From Acidimicrobiia bacterium (GTDB lineage: Bacteria; Actinomycetota; Acidimicrobiia; Spongiisociales; UBA11373), in assembly GCA_016215655.1 (NCBI GenBank), contig JACRIT010000016.1, positions 28,626 through 92,625 of the forward strand: a stretch of DNA of 64,000 bases, written 5' to 3'. The position numbers and the translations under genes were made by a program. The stretch's first letter is position 1. Each line of letters begins with the position of its first letter. Under the pieces are notes generated by a model. That model ran no database searches. It was not told where the DNA came from and saw nothing but the letters and a program-made list of their open reading frames with translations. Below are positions 53,026 through 61,226 of this stretch, one piece after another.

Positions 53026-53088
53026 GAGTCCTCAGTCCTCAGTCCTCAGCCAGAACGCGTCGGGCTGATGACTGATGACTGAAGACTG
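53026..53088. repeat. heptad-repeat element E6 (long imperfect hairpin around the conserved core)
   Basis: gagtcct cagtcct cagtcct cagccag aacgcgt cgggctg atgactg atgactg aagactg. Arms 53027-53051 and 53063-53087 pair at 22/25 positions with an 11-nt loop. It lies between the convergent MTase and plsC genes. Confidence 0.9.
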
Positions 53089-53093
53089 GTCCC

Positions 53094-53831
53094 CTACCTG
53101 ACCCGGATCTCCTCGTACTTCCGCTCCACCACCGACCGCACCCGGTCACGCAGGTCCACGATGTCGGCCTGGGTGAGGCCGGCGGTGGGGATGGGGTCGT
53201 GGATCACCAGGCGCACCCGGCCACCCAGGATGAGCTTGGAGCCCGGCCTCCACACCTTCTCGCTCCCGGTGATCACCACCGGCACGATCGGCATGGCATT
53301 GTCGATGGCGATGCGGAAGGCGCCTTTCTTGAACGGCATCATCTCGGCGTTGCGCGACCGGGTTCCCTCGGGGTAGATCACGAGGGACAGTCCCTCGGAG
53401 ACGACCCGGGCGACCTGGTCGTTGATCTCGCGGTGGGCCATCGGGCCCGCGGTGCGATCGGTCTCCACCATGTGGATGGAACGCATGGCATGTCCCAGCA
53501 CCGGGACGCCGAAGAGCTCCTTCTTCGCCAGGAAGCGCACCGACACCGGGAGCCGGCCGATCATGACGGGGATGTCGATGTTGGAGATGTGGTTGCCGCA
53601 GAAGACATAGGAGGCATGGGGGGAGATCCGGTCCAGTCCCTCGACGGACACCCGGGTGCCGGTTCCGAACAGGAAGACGCGCGCCCACAACCGCATCAAT
53701 CCGGTCACGTGACGGCTGCGGGGTGACACCCGAACGAGTGCGATCACGTACATCCCGAGGATGAGCGTGGTCACCACCAGGCTGACGATGGCAAAGAGCG
53801 TGCGAGCCGGGGCCAGGATCACCCGAACCAT
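53094..53831 (-). CDS. plsC: 1-acyl-sn-glycerol-3-phosphate acyltransferase
   Basis: NHISNIDIP (HX4D), FLAKKELF, IYPEGTRS and IVPVVI. Confidence 0.9.
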   Translation of the reverse strand: MVRVILAPARTLFAIVSLVVTTLILGMYVIALVRVSPRSRHVTGLMRLWARVFLFGTGTRVSVEGLDRISPHASYVFCGNHISNIDIPVMIGRLPVSVRFLAKKELFGVPVLGHAMRSIHMVETDRTAGPMAHREINDQVARVVSEGLSLVIYPEGTRSRNAEMMPFKKGAFRIAIDNAMPIVPVVITGSEKVWRPGSKLILGGRVRLVIHDPIPTAGLTQADIVDLRDRVRSVVERKYEEIRVR

Positions 53832-53866
53832 GGCGGTAGGCTACCGACCCGCCCCACCGGGAGATC

Positions 53867-54649
53867 GTGTTGTCCGACATCGTCCTTGCCTCAGCCGATC
53901 ACGTGGCCACGATCACCATGAGCCGTCCCGAGCGGAAGAACGCGTTCACCGTGGACATGTTCGACGAGCTCGGCGACACACTGCGCCAGGCCGCCGGCGA
54001 TGCCCAGGTGCGATGCATCGTGCTCACCGGAGCCGGGGACGCCTTCTCGGCGGGTCTCGACCTCATCGAAGCGGCCGCCCAGGCCGATCGTCTCGACTCC
54101 ATCGCCTTCACCTTCGAGGCAGAGCGGTCGCCGGCCATCATCCTCCAGCAGCTCGACGTGCCCGTGATCGCCGCGATCAACGGGTCTGCCGCCGGGTATG
54201 CCGTCGGGATGGCGATCAACGCCGACATCCGGGTGATGGCCCGCACCGCCCGTCTCGTGCCGGCCACGAAGCGCAATCTGCTGCCGGAGAGCGGCGACAC
54301 CTGGCTGCTGCCCCGGCTCGTGGGCTGGGAGCAGGCGGCACGGTTCTACTTCCTCGGCGAGGACATGACCGGCGAGCAGGCACTTGCCGCCGGCGTGGTG
54401 TCCGAGTTGGCGGAGGACTCGGCCGCCACCAAGCGGCGCGCCGCCGATCTCGCCGCGCAGATCGCCGCCATGCCCCCGCAAGCGGTGCAGGCGGCCAAGC
54501 GGCTGATGCGGGCGGGGCGCACCGATGCCTATCCAGACCACGTCCATCGCGCCCTGCTGCAGCTCCTCCCCATGTTCCGCACCAAGGATTTCGCCGAGGC
54601 GGTGGCGGCCTTCTTCGAGAAGCGTCCCCCGCGGTTCACCGGAGCGTGA
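53867..54649 (+). CDS. enoyl-CoA hydratase/isomerase family protein
   Basis: ITMSRPERKNAF, VLTGAGDAFSAGLDL and AAINGSAAGYAVGMAINADI. Confidence 0.85.
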   Translation: MLSDIVLASADHVATITMSRPERKNAFTVDMFDELGDTLRQAAGDAQVRCIVLTGAGDAFSAGLDLIEAAAQADRLDSIAFTFEAERSPAIILQQLDVPVIAAINGSAAGYAVGMAINADIRVMARTARLVPATKRNLLPESGDTWLLPRLVGWEQAARFYFLGEDMTGEQALAAGVVSELAEDSAATKRRAADLAAQIAAMPPQAVQAAKRLMRAGRTDAYPDHVHRALLQLLPMFRTKDFAEAVAAFFEKRPPRFTGA

Positions 54650-55833
54650 GGCGGCTGACCCTCGCCCAGGTGCGTCGGGCCCACATCGCCGCCCAGGGCC
54701 TGGCGACGCCGCGGCCCTCCTCCCCTCCCGACATCCGCCACCTGCGCAGGGCCATGCAGACGATGGGTGTGCTCCAGATCGATTCGGTGAACGTCGTCGA
54801 GCGGGCCCACCAGCTGACCCTGTTCTCCCGTCTTGGCCCCTACGACTCCGATCTGCTGTGGCGCGCGCTGCGCACGCGCCACATCTTCGAGTACTGGACC
54901 CACATGGCATCGTTCGTGTCGATCGCCGACTATCCGCTGTGGAAGCACCGCATGGTTCACCATCGAGAGCACCCCTGGCAGCGGATCCACGAACTCCATG
55001 AACGGGCGCCTGGCTACGTCGACTCGATCCTGCGCCAGGTGGCGGAGCGCGGTCCGCTCACCCCGTCCCAGCTCGAGGAGCCGGGGGAGCGGCGCGGGCC
55101 GTGGTGGGGCTGGGCCGACGGCAAGTACGTGCTCGAGTGGATGTTCGAGAGCGGTCAGGTGGCGGTGTCGGACCGGCGCAACTTCGAACGCCACTACGAC
55201 CTCGCCGAGCGCGTGATACCGGCGGTGCACCGGGAGGCGCCGATGGTCCCCGAGGAGGAGGCGCATCGGATCCTGCTGGTGCGGGCCGCCGAACGGATGG
55301 CGGTGGCCAGCGCCAAGGGCCTCGCCGACTACTACCGGCTCCCCATCGTCTCAGCCCGCGCCGCCGTCGATGCCCTGGTCCGCGAGGGTGCCCTCGTTCC
55401 GGTGGAAGTGTCCGACTGGAGCGAGCCATTGTTCATGCATCCGCAGGCGAGGTTTCCCCGTGCGGTGGAGGCCCGGGCGCTGCTCAACCCGTTCGATCCG
55501 ATCGTGTGGTTTCGTGAGCACACCGAGCGCCTGTACGACTTCCACTACCGCATCGAGATCTACACCCCCGCCCCCAAGCGGGTCCATGGCTACTACGTGT
55601 TCCCCTTCCTCCTCGGTGACGAACTCGTGGCGCGGGTCGATCTCAAGGCGGATCGCAAGGCGGGGGTGTTGCGCGTGCCCGGGGCGTTCCTCGAGACCGG
55701 ACAGGACCCGAGACGAGTCGCTCGGGAACTGGCCGGGGAGTTGGCCGAGATGGCCCGCTGGCTCGGGATGGATGAGATCGCCGTCGGCAAGAAGGGCGAC
55801 CTGGCCGGAGCGCTGGCAAAGGCGGTGGGGTAG
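54646..55833 (+). CDS. winged-helix DNA glycosylase AlkZ/YcaQ family (DUF1006)
   Basis: GTGA overlap with the upstream gene. Motifs QGLATPRP, GVLQIDSVNVVERAHQLTLFSR, FEYWTHMASF, HGYYVFPFL and VARVDLKADRKAGVL. Confidence 0.75.
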   Translation: MRRLTLAQVRRAHIAAQGLATPRPSSPPDIRHLRRAMQTMGVLQIDSVNVVERAHQLTLFSRLGPYDSDLLWRALRTRHIFEYWTHMASFVSIADYPLWKHRMVHHREHPWQRIHELHERAPGYVDSILRQVAERGPLTPSQLEEPGERRGPWWGWADGKYVLEWMFESGQVAVSDRRNFERHYDLAERVIPAVHREAPMVPEEEAHRILLVRAAERMAVASAKGLADYYRLPIVSARAAVDALVREGALVPVEVSDWSEPLFMHPQARFPRAVEARALLNPFDPIVWFREHTERLYDFHYRIEIYTPAPKRVHGYYVFPFLLGDELVARVDLKADRKAGVLRVPGAFLETGQDPRRVARELAGELAEMARWLGMDEIAVGKKGDLAGALAKAVG

Positions 55834-55938
55834 AAGCCCGACGCCCGATGCCCGATGCCTGGCGCCCGCTTCCGGAACCCGGTACCCGGCACCCCATTGT
55901 CCGCGGTTCGGGCAACCGGCATCTGGCCTCTGGCGACC
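55834..55938. repeat. heptad-repeat element E7
   Basis: gaagccc gacgccc gatgccc gatgcct ggcgccc gcttccg gaacccg gtacccg gcacccc attgtcc gcggttc gggcaac cggcatc tggcctc tggcgac. G is at phase 1 in 11 of the first 12 units. It contains the core-like ccggaacccg. Confidence 0.8.
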
Positions 55939-55976
55939 GCCCTACCCTTACTCCAACCCTCACGGAAGGACCCTCG

Positions 55977-56882
55977 ATGATCGACTTCCAGGATCGAGTC
56001 GCCCTGATCACGGGTGCCGGGCGCGGTCTGGGTGCCCATCATGCCCGCCTCCTCGCCTCCCGGGGGGCGGCGGTGGTGGTCAACGATCCCGGTGTGGCCA
56101 CCGACGGCACGGCCTCCGAGCAGCGCCCCGCCGATGAGGTCGTCGCCGAGATCAAGGCGGCCGGTGGCGCCGCCGTGGCCGACTACGGATCGGTATCGGA
56201 CCCCGCTCAGGCCGAAGCGATGGTGGAGCGGGCGGTGTCGGAGTTCGGTCGTATCGATATCGTGGTGAACAACGCCGGGATCCTGCGTGACAAGGCGTTC
56301 CACAATCTCGAGTGGGACAACATGAACGCGGTGATCGACGTGCATCTCCGCGGTGCCTTTCACGTGACCCGGCCCGCCTTTCGCAAGATGCGCGAGCAGA
56401 GCTACGGGCGCATCGTGATGACGTCGTCGAACTCGGGTCTCCTCGGCAACTTCGGGCAGGCCAACTACGGTGCCGCCAAGCTCGGACAGGTCGGGTTCAT
56501 GAACGTGCTGAAGCTCGAAGGAGCCAAGTACAACATCAAGGTGAATGCGATCGCACCGGTCGCCCGCACCCGGATGACCGAGGAGATCCTCGGGCCGGTG
56601 GCGGACAAGCTCGAGCCGGGGCTGGTATCACCGGTGGTCGCCTACCTGTGCTCCGAGGCCTGCGCGGTGACGGGCGAGATATTCTCGGTGGCCGGGGGCA
56701 CGGTGAGCCGGATGTTCATTGGTGTGACCCCGGGTTGGTTCAAGCACCCGGACAAGGAGGGGGCGCTCACCCCCGAGGACGTCGAGGCGAACCTGGCGAA
56801 GATCCGCGATGAGACCGGGTACATCGTGCCGGCGTCCAATCAGGAAGAGCTGCAGAAGATCGCCCCTCTCCTGTTCTCATGA
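55977..56882 (+). CDS. SDR-family oxidoreductase (MFE-2-type 3-hydroxyacyl-CoA dehydrogenase-like)
   Basis: TGAGRGLG, NNAGI and SSNSGLLGNFGQANYGAAK (Y-x3-K). Start is ATG 55977 after ggaagga. Confidence 0.85.
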   Translation: MIDFQDRVALITGAGRGLGAHHARLLASRGAAVVVNDPGVATDGTASEQRPADEVVAEIKAAGGAAVADYGSVSDPAQAEAMVERAVSEFGRIDIVVNNAGILRDKAFHNLEWDNMNAVIDVHLRGAFHVTRPAFRKMREQSYGRIVMTSSNSGLLGNFGQANYGAAKLGQVGFMNVLKLEGAKYNIKVNAIAPVARTRMTEEILGPVADKLEPGLVSPVVAYLCSEACAVTGEIFSVAGGTVSRMFIGVTPGWFKHPDKEGALTPEDVEANLAKIRDETGYIVPASNQEELQKIAPLLFS

Positions 56883-59140
56883 CGCCTCCCGGTCCTGGGG
56901 CAGACCGGGCAGCTCCGCCCTCCACGGCGGACAAGGCGGCGTGGCGGGCGTGGGCCCGCACCGAACGGGCACGCCTCGACATGACCGCGATCTCGCGGGG
57001 CATCCGCTCCGGACTCGAGGCGTGGGGCGGGCTCGCCGCCGGGTCGCGGGTGCTGCTGTTCGATCCGCTGCCCGATGAACCCGACGTCACCGCGGTCGCG
57101 GCCGGGGTCGTCGCCCTGCTCACCCGGACGCCGGAATCCGGACCGCTGACCGTTCACCCCTTCGACGCCCCCCGGGAACGCCATCGTCTCGGATTCACCC
57201 AGCCTGCTGCCGGCTCACCGGAGGTCGATCCGGCGGAGATCGATGTCGCCCTCGTGCCGGGTCTCGCCTTCGACCGCAGCGGTATCCGCCTCGGCCGCGG
57301 TGGCGGACACTACGACCGCTTGCTCGCCCGCCTTCGCCCCGATGCGGTGATCGTGGGTGTCACCCCGGCGGCGCTCGTGGTCGATCGACTTCCCCGGGAG
57401 GCCCACGATCGCCCGGTCGGCCACCTGGCGGTCGAGGATGGCGTGGTTAGCGTGCCGCAGATGTCGATCTTCGACTCCGCCGCCGCCTGGGTCGCCGCCG
57501 ATCCCGACCCGGTGACCCGCGCCGAACTGCAGGCGCTGATCGATGCGGGCGACGAGGCGTCGGTGCGCGCCCGAATGATTCCCCTCGATTTCGGCACCGC
57601 CGGGATCCGCGGTGAGGTCGGGGCGGGGCCAGGCCGGATGAATCGGGCGGTGGTCATCCGCACCACTCGCGGTCTGGCGGATCACCTGGTCGGTCGCGGC
57701 GATGCCGGTCGGGGGGTGGTCGTCGGCTATGACGGCCGCACCGACAGCCGTCGGTTCGCCGAGGATGCGGTGGCGGTGCTCGCCGGGGCCGGATTCGCCG
57801 TGCGGTGGTTTTCCGGCACCACGCCCACCCCGCTGGTGGCGCACGCCCTGCTGCGGTCGGGAGCCGCCGCCGCGGTGGTGATCACGGCGAGCCACAACCC
57901 GCCCCAGGACAATGGCTACAAGGTCTACGACGCCAACGGCGCGCAGATCATCCCTCCCATCGATGCCGACATCGCCGCCGCCATTCTCACCGTCGGTCCG
58001 GCGAGCGCGGTTCCCCGCGGCGACGCTCCGTCGGCCGAGGACCCCTCTTCCATCGAGGAGGCCTACGTCGACGACGTCATGTCCTTTCGCGGCACGACAC
58101 CGGCTCCGGCCACCGTGCCCATCGTCTACACGGCGCTCCACGGCGTCGGCGGTCGGTTGGCGCGGCGCCTGCTCGCCGCCGCCGGTCACCACGACGTCAA
58201 CCCGGTGCCGGAGCAGCAGGAACCCGACGGGGCATTCCCCACGGTGGCCTTCCCCAATCCCGAAGAGCCCGGCGCCCTCGACCGCGCCGAAGCGCTGGCG
58301 ACACGCCTCGGTGCCGACCTGGTGGTCGCCAATGACCCTGACGCCGATCGTCTCGGAGTCGCCGTCCCCGACGGCGGTGCCTGGCGCCGGCTCACCGGCA
58401 ATGAGATCGGGGTGCTGCTCGCCGACTTCGTCCTGGAGCGGACCTCGGGTCCGGATCGTCTCGTCATCACCTCGGTGGTCTCCACCCCCATGCTCGAAGC
58501 CGTCGCCGCCCATCACCGCGTCGCCCATGCCACCACCCTCACCGGTTTCAAGTGGATCTGCAATGCCGCTCTCGACCTCGAAGCGCGGGGTCGCCGATTC
58601 GTCTTTGGCTTCGAAGAGGCGCTCGGCTACACGGTTGGCCCCGTGGTGCGCGACAAGGACGGGATGGCGGCGGCGGTGTGGTTCGCCGACCTGGCGGCGG
58701 CCTGTGCCGTCGCCGGAGAGACCGTCCTCGATCGGCTCGCCCGGCTCTGGGTGCGTGACGGATTGTGGGTGAGTCACCCCGTGAGCATTCGTCTCCCGGG
58801 CGAGTCGGGTCCTGCCGAGATCGATGCCGCCATGGAGCGTCTCGTGACTCGGCCACCCGGCGAGGTCGGTGGCGTCGCCGTGGTGGCGATGACCGACTAT
58901 GCGATCGGAGCATCCGAGCGGCCTCGCTGGTTGGCGGCGACGCCGCTGATCGAGTTGACTCTCGCCGAAGGCTCCCGGGTGCTGGTGCGGCCTTCCGGTA
59001 CCGAACCGAAGCTGAAGATCTACATCGACATCCGCGCCGACGTCGCATCGGTCGGCGCGGTGCCGGCAGGTCGCGGCGCGGCCCTGCAGACCGCCGAGCG
59101 CATTGCTGCGGATCTCCTGCGACACCTGGAGATGTCATGA
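56879..59140 (+). CDS. fusion: 5-formyltetrahydrofolate cyclo-ligase (aa 1-~190) + alpha-D-phosphohexomutase (aa ~195-753)
   Basis: The N-terminal part has VPGLAFDRSGIRLGRGGGHYDR. The mutase part runs from MSIFDSAAAWVAADPDPVTRAEL with FGTAGIRG and the active site ITASHNPPQDNGYKVY. There is no in-frame stop between them. Confidence 0.75.
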   Translation: MTPPGPGADRAAPPSTADKAAWRAWARTERARLDMTAISRGIRSGLEAWGGLAAGSRVLLFDPLPDEPDVTAVAAGVVALLTRTPESGPLTVHPFDAPRERHRLGFTQPAAGSPEVDPAEIDVALVPGLAFDRSGIRLGRGGGHYDRLLARLRPDAVIVGVTPAALVVDRLPREAHDRPVGHLAVEDGVVSVPQMSIFDSAAAWVAADPDPVTRAELQALIDAGDEASVRARMIPLDFGTAGIRGEVGAGPGRMNRAVVIRTTRGLADHLVGRGDAGRGVVVGYDGRTDSRRFAEDAVAVLAGAGFAVRWFSGTTPTPLVAHALLRSGAAAAVVITASHNPPQDNGYKVYDANGAQIIPPIDADIAAAILTVGPASAVPRGDAPSAEDPSSIEEAYVDDVMSFRGTTPAPATVPIVYTALHGVGGRLARRLLAAAGHHDVNPVPEQQEPDGAFPTVAFPNPEEPGALDRAEALATRLGADLVVANDPDADRLGVAVPDGGAWRRLTGNEIGVLLADFVLERTSGPDRLVITSVVSTPMLEAVAAHHRVAHATTLTGFKWICNAALDLEARGRRFVFGFEEALGYTVGPVVRDKDGMAAAVWFADLAAACAVAGETVLDRLARLWVRDGLWVSHPVSIRLPGESGPAEIDAAMERLVTRPPGEVGGVAVVAMTDYAIGASERPRWLAATPLIELTLAEGSRVLVRPSGTEPKLKIYIDIRADVASVGAVPAGRGAALQTAERIAADLLRHLEMS

Positions 59141-59763
59141 CCGCCCTCGTCACCCTGATGCGGCGCAACCCGGGCCCGGCGTTGCTGCTCGGAGCCCTCG
59201 TCGCCACGTTCACCGTGGTGGGTGTGGTGCGCGGGGTGTGGTTTCTCTGGGTCTACCTTCCGGCCCTGGCCGCCTGCGTCGGGCTGGTCGCCGCCCTCGA
59301 TCATCTCCGTGGTCCGCTTCCCGGATCGCTGCTCTGGCCACTCGTGGTGTGGGCGGGCATGCACCTGGCCGGGGGTCTCGCCGCCAACCCCACCGGGGAG
59401 AGCGAGATCCTCTACGGCATGTGGCTGATCGACGGGGTGCTGCGGTACGACCAACTGGTCCACGGATTCGGCATCGCCGCCGCCACCGTCGTCTTCGCCT
59501 ACGCGGCCCGCCACAGCGACCGTCCACTGTTCTGGGGGTTCGTGCTCTCCCAGGTGGTGGGCCTGGTCAACGAGACGGCCGAGAACACCTTCGCCGCCTT
59601 CGTCGAGGAGTCCAATGTCGGTGACATCGTGAACACCATGGGAGACCTCGTGTGGCATCTCATCGGCGCCGCGGTGGCGACGCTGTGGATGGCCCGCCGC
59701 GGCATCCCGGGTCACCTCCGGGGCGAGTCATACGCCGCCGTGCGCCGCGAGCGATCCTCGTGA
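59137..59763 (+). CDS. hypothetical polytopic membrane protein
   Basis: ATGA overlap with the upstream gene. About 6 hydrophobic segments. No family recognised. Confidence 0.6.
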   Translation: MTALVTLMRRNPGPALLLGALVATFTVVGVVRGVWFLWVYLPALAACVGLVAALDHLRGPLPGSLLWPLVVWAGMHLAGGLAANPTGESEILYGMWLIDGVLRYDQLVHGFGIAAATVVFAYAARHSDRPLFWGFVLSQVVGLVNETAENTFAAFVEESNVGDIVNTMGDLVWHLIGAAVATLWMARRGIPGHLRGESYAAVRRERSS

Positions 59764-60248
59764 CCATCCCCGAGACCTCCCTGCGGGTGATCGCCGCCGG
59801 CGGGCGCCTCGGGGTGAGCGTGGACATGCGCCATTTCCCCGAGGGGACGAAGACCTCGCAGGACGCCGCCAATGCCATCGGCTGTCCCCTCTCGGCGATC
59901 GCCAAGTCGATCGTCGTCACCCTCGACGAGCGCGAGCAGGTGGTCGTCTTCGCCTCCGGTGACACCCGCATCGATCTCGAGCGCCTGGCCGTCGCCGCCG
60001 GCGCCGTCTCAGCCCGGCGCGCCACCCTCGAGGAGGCGCGCTCCGCCACGGGGTTCGCCGCCGGAGGCACCCCGCCCTTTGGCTACCCGGGTGCGGTTCG
60101 GGTCTTTGCCGACCGTGCGCTGCAGCGTCACGACCTCGTGTGGTCGGCCGGGGGCACACCGACCACGGTGTTCCCCATCCGTCTCGACGACCTGGTGCGG
60201 GCGGCCGAGGCCGAGTGGGTGGATGTTGCGGCTCGAGCCGACCGCTGA
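59760..60248 (+). CDS. YbaK/ProX-type aminoacyl-tRNA editing domain protein
   Basis: GTGA overlap. Motifs KSIVV, GFAAGGTPPFGY and VWSAGGTPTTVF. Confidence 0.75.
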   Translation: MTIPETSLRVIAAGGRLGVSVDMRHFPEGTKTSQDAANAIGCPLSAIAKSIVVTLDEREQVVVFASGDTRIDLERLAVAAGAVSARRATLEEARSATGFAAGGTPPFGYPGAVRVFADRALQRHDLVWSAGGTPTTVFPIRLDDLVRAAEAEWVDVAARADR

Positions 60249-60263
60249 CAGCCGACAGCCCGG

Positions 60264-61226
60264 CTAGGGCGTCACTTCGGCGATGGCGCGCCGGTCCACC
60301 GTGACCTGCACCCGCTCGCCGGAGCGCCGGTGTGCGGCCGCCGCGGCCGGCACCCTCACCCCACCGACGTCCACGGTGACCACCCACTCCGGGCCGCGGA
60401 AGGCGCTGGCGATCACGGTCGCCTCGTGCTCCCCGTCCGGAGACAGGTGCACGGCGTCGGGACGGATCGCCAAAGACGATCCCGGTCCCGGGGTCATTCC
60501 GGCGAAACTCCCCGACACCACGCTATGACCGAGGAGCGCGGCCACGGCTGCGGTCTCGGGCTGCTGCCACACCGCCTCGGGGGTGTCGATGCGGACGATC
60601 CGGCCGCGATCCATCACCGCCACCCGGTCGGCGAGCGCAAACGCCTCATCGGTGTCGTGGGTGACGAGCAGGGTGGGGACCGGCTCGGCGGCGAGAGTGG
60701 CGGCGAGATCGGCGGCCAGGCCGCGGCGCAGGGCCGGGTCGAGCGATCCCAGCGGCTCGTCGAGCAGGAGCAGCCGCGGTGTGGTGGCCAGGGTCCGGGC
60801 CAGGGCGACACGCTGGGCCTGGCCACCCGACAGTTCCTCGATCCGGCGTGCGCCCAGACCGGATAGCCCGACGCGCTGCAGCGCATGCGCCACTCGTGAC
60901 GCGAGGTCGCTGCCACCCATCCCCGCCACCCGGAGCCCAAAACCGACGTTGCCGGCGACGTCGAGGTGCGGAAACAGCGCGAAGTCCTGGAAGACCAGCC
61001 CGAAACGGCGGAGGTGCGGCGGCACCGCGGCGAGATCGCTTCCCTCCCAGGCGACGGTCCCGGAATCCGGCACGTGGAGGCCGGCGACGACCCGCAACAG
61101 TGTGGTCTTCCCGGAACCGCTCGACCCGAGCACGGCGACCGTCTCTTCCGGGCCGACGTCGAACGAGACGTCGTCGAGCGCCACCACGTCGTCGTACCGG
61201 ACCGTCACCCCGCGCACCGAGAGCAT
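60264..61226 (-). CDS. ABC transporter ATP-binding protein (thiamine/Fe3+-type importer)
   Basis: GSSGSGKTT, LSGGQAQRVALAR and LLLDEPLGSLD. ATGA overlap with the permease. Confidence 0.9.
   Translation of the reverse strand: MLSVRGVTVRYDDVVALDDVSFDVGPEETVAVLGSSGSGKTTLLRVVAGLHVPDSGTVAWEGSDLAAVPPHLRRFGLVFQDFALFPHLDVAGNVGFGLRVAGMGGSDLASRVAHALQRVGLSGLGARRIEELSGGQAQRVALARTLATTPRLLLLDEPLGSLDPALRRGLAADLAATLAAEPVPTLLVTHDTDEAFALADRVAVMDRGRIVRIDTPEAVWQQPETAAVAALLGHSVVSGSFAGMTPGPGSSLAIRPDAVHLSPDGEHEATVIASAFRGPEWVVTVDVGGVRVPAAAAAHRRSGERVQVTVDRRAIAEVTP

Noticed and set aside
52291-53094. Integron-type attC cassette interpretation of E5/E6
   Set aside because: No intI, attI or cassette array is present, and the elements also occur inside core operons. 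It is kept only as an analogy in the findings, not as a call.
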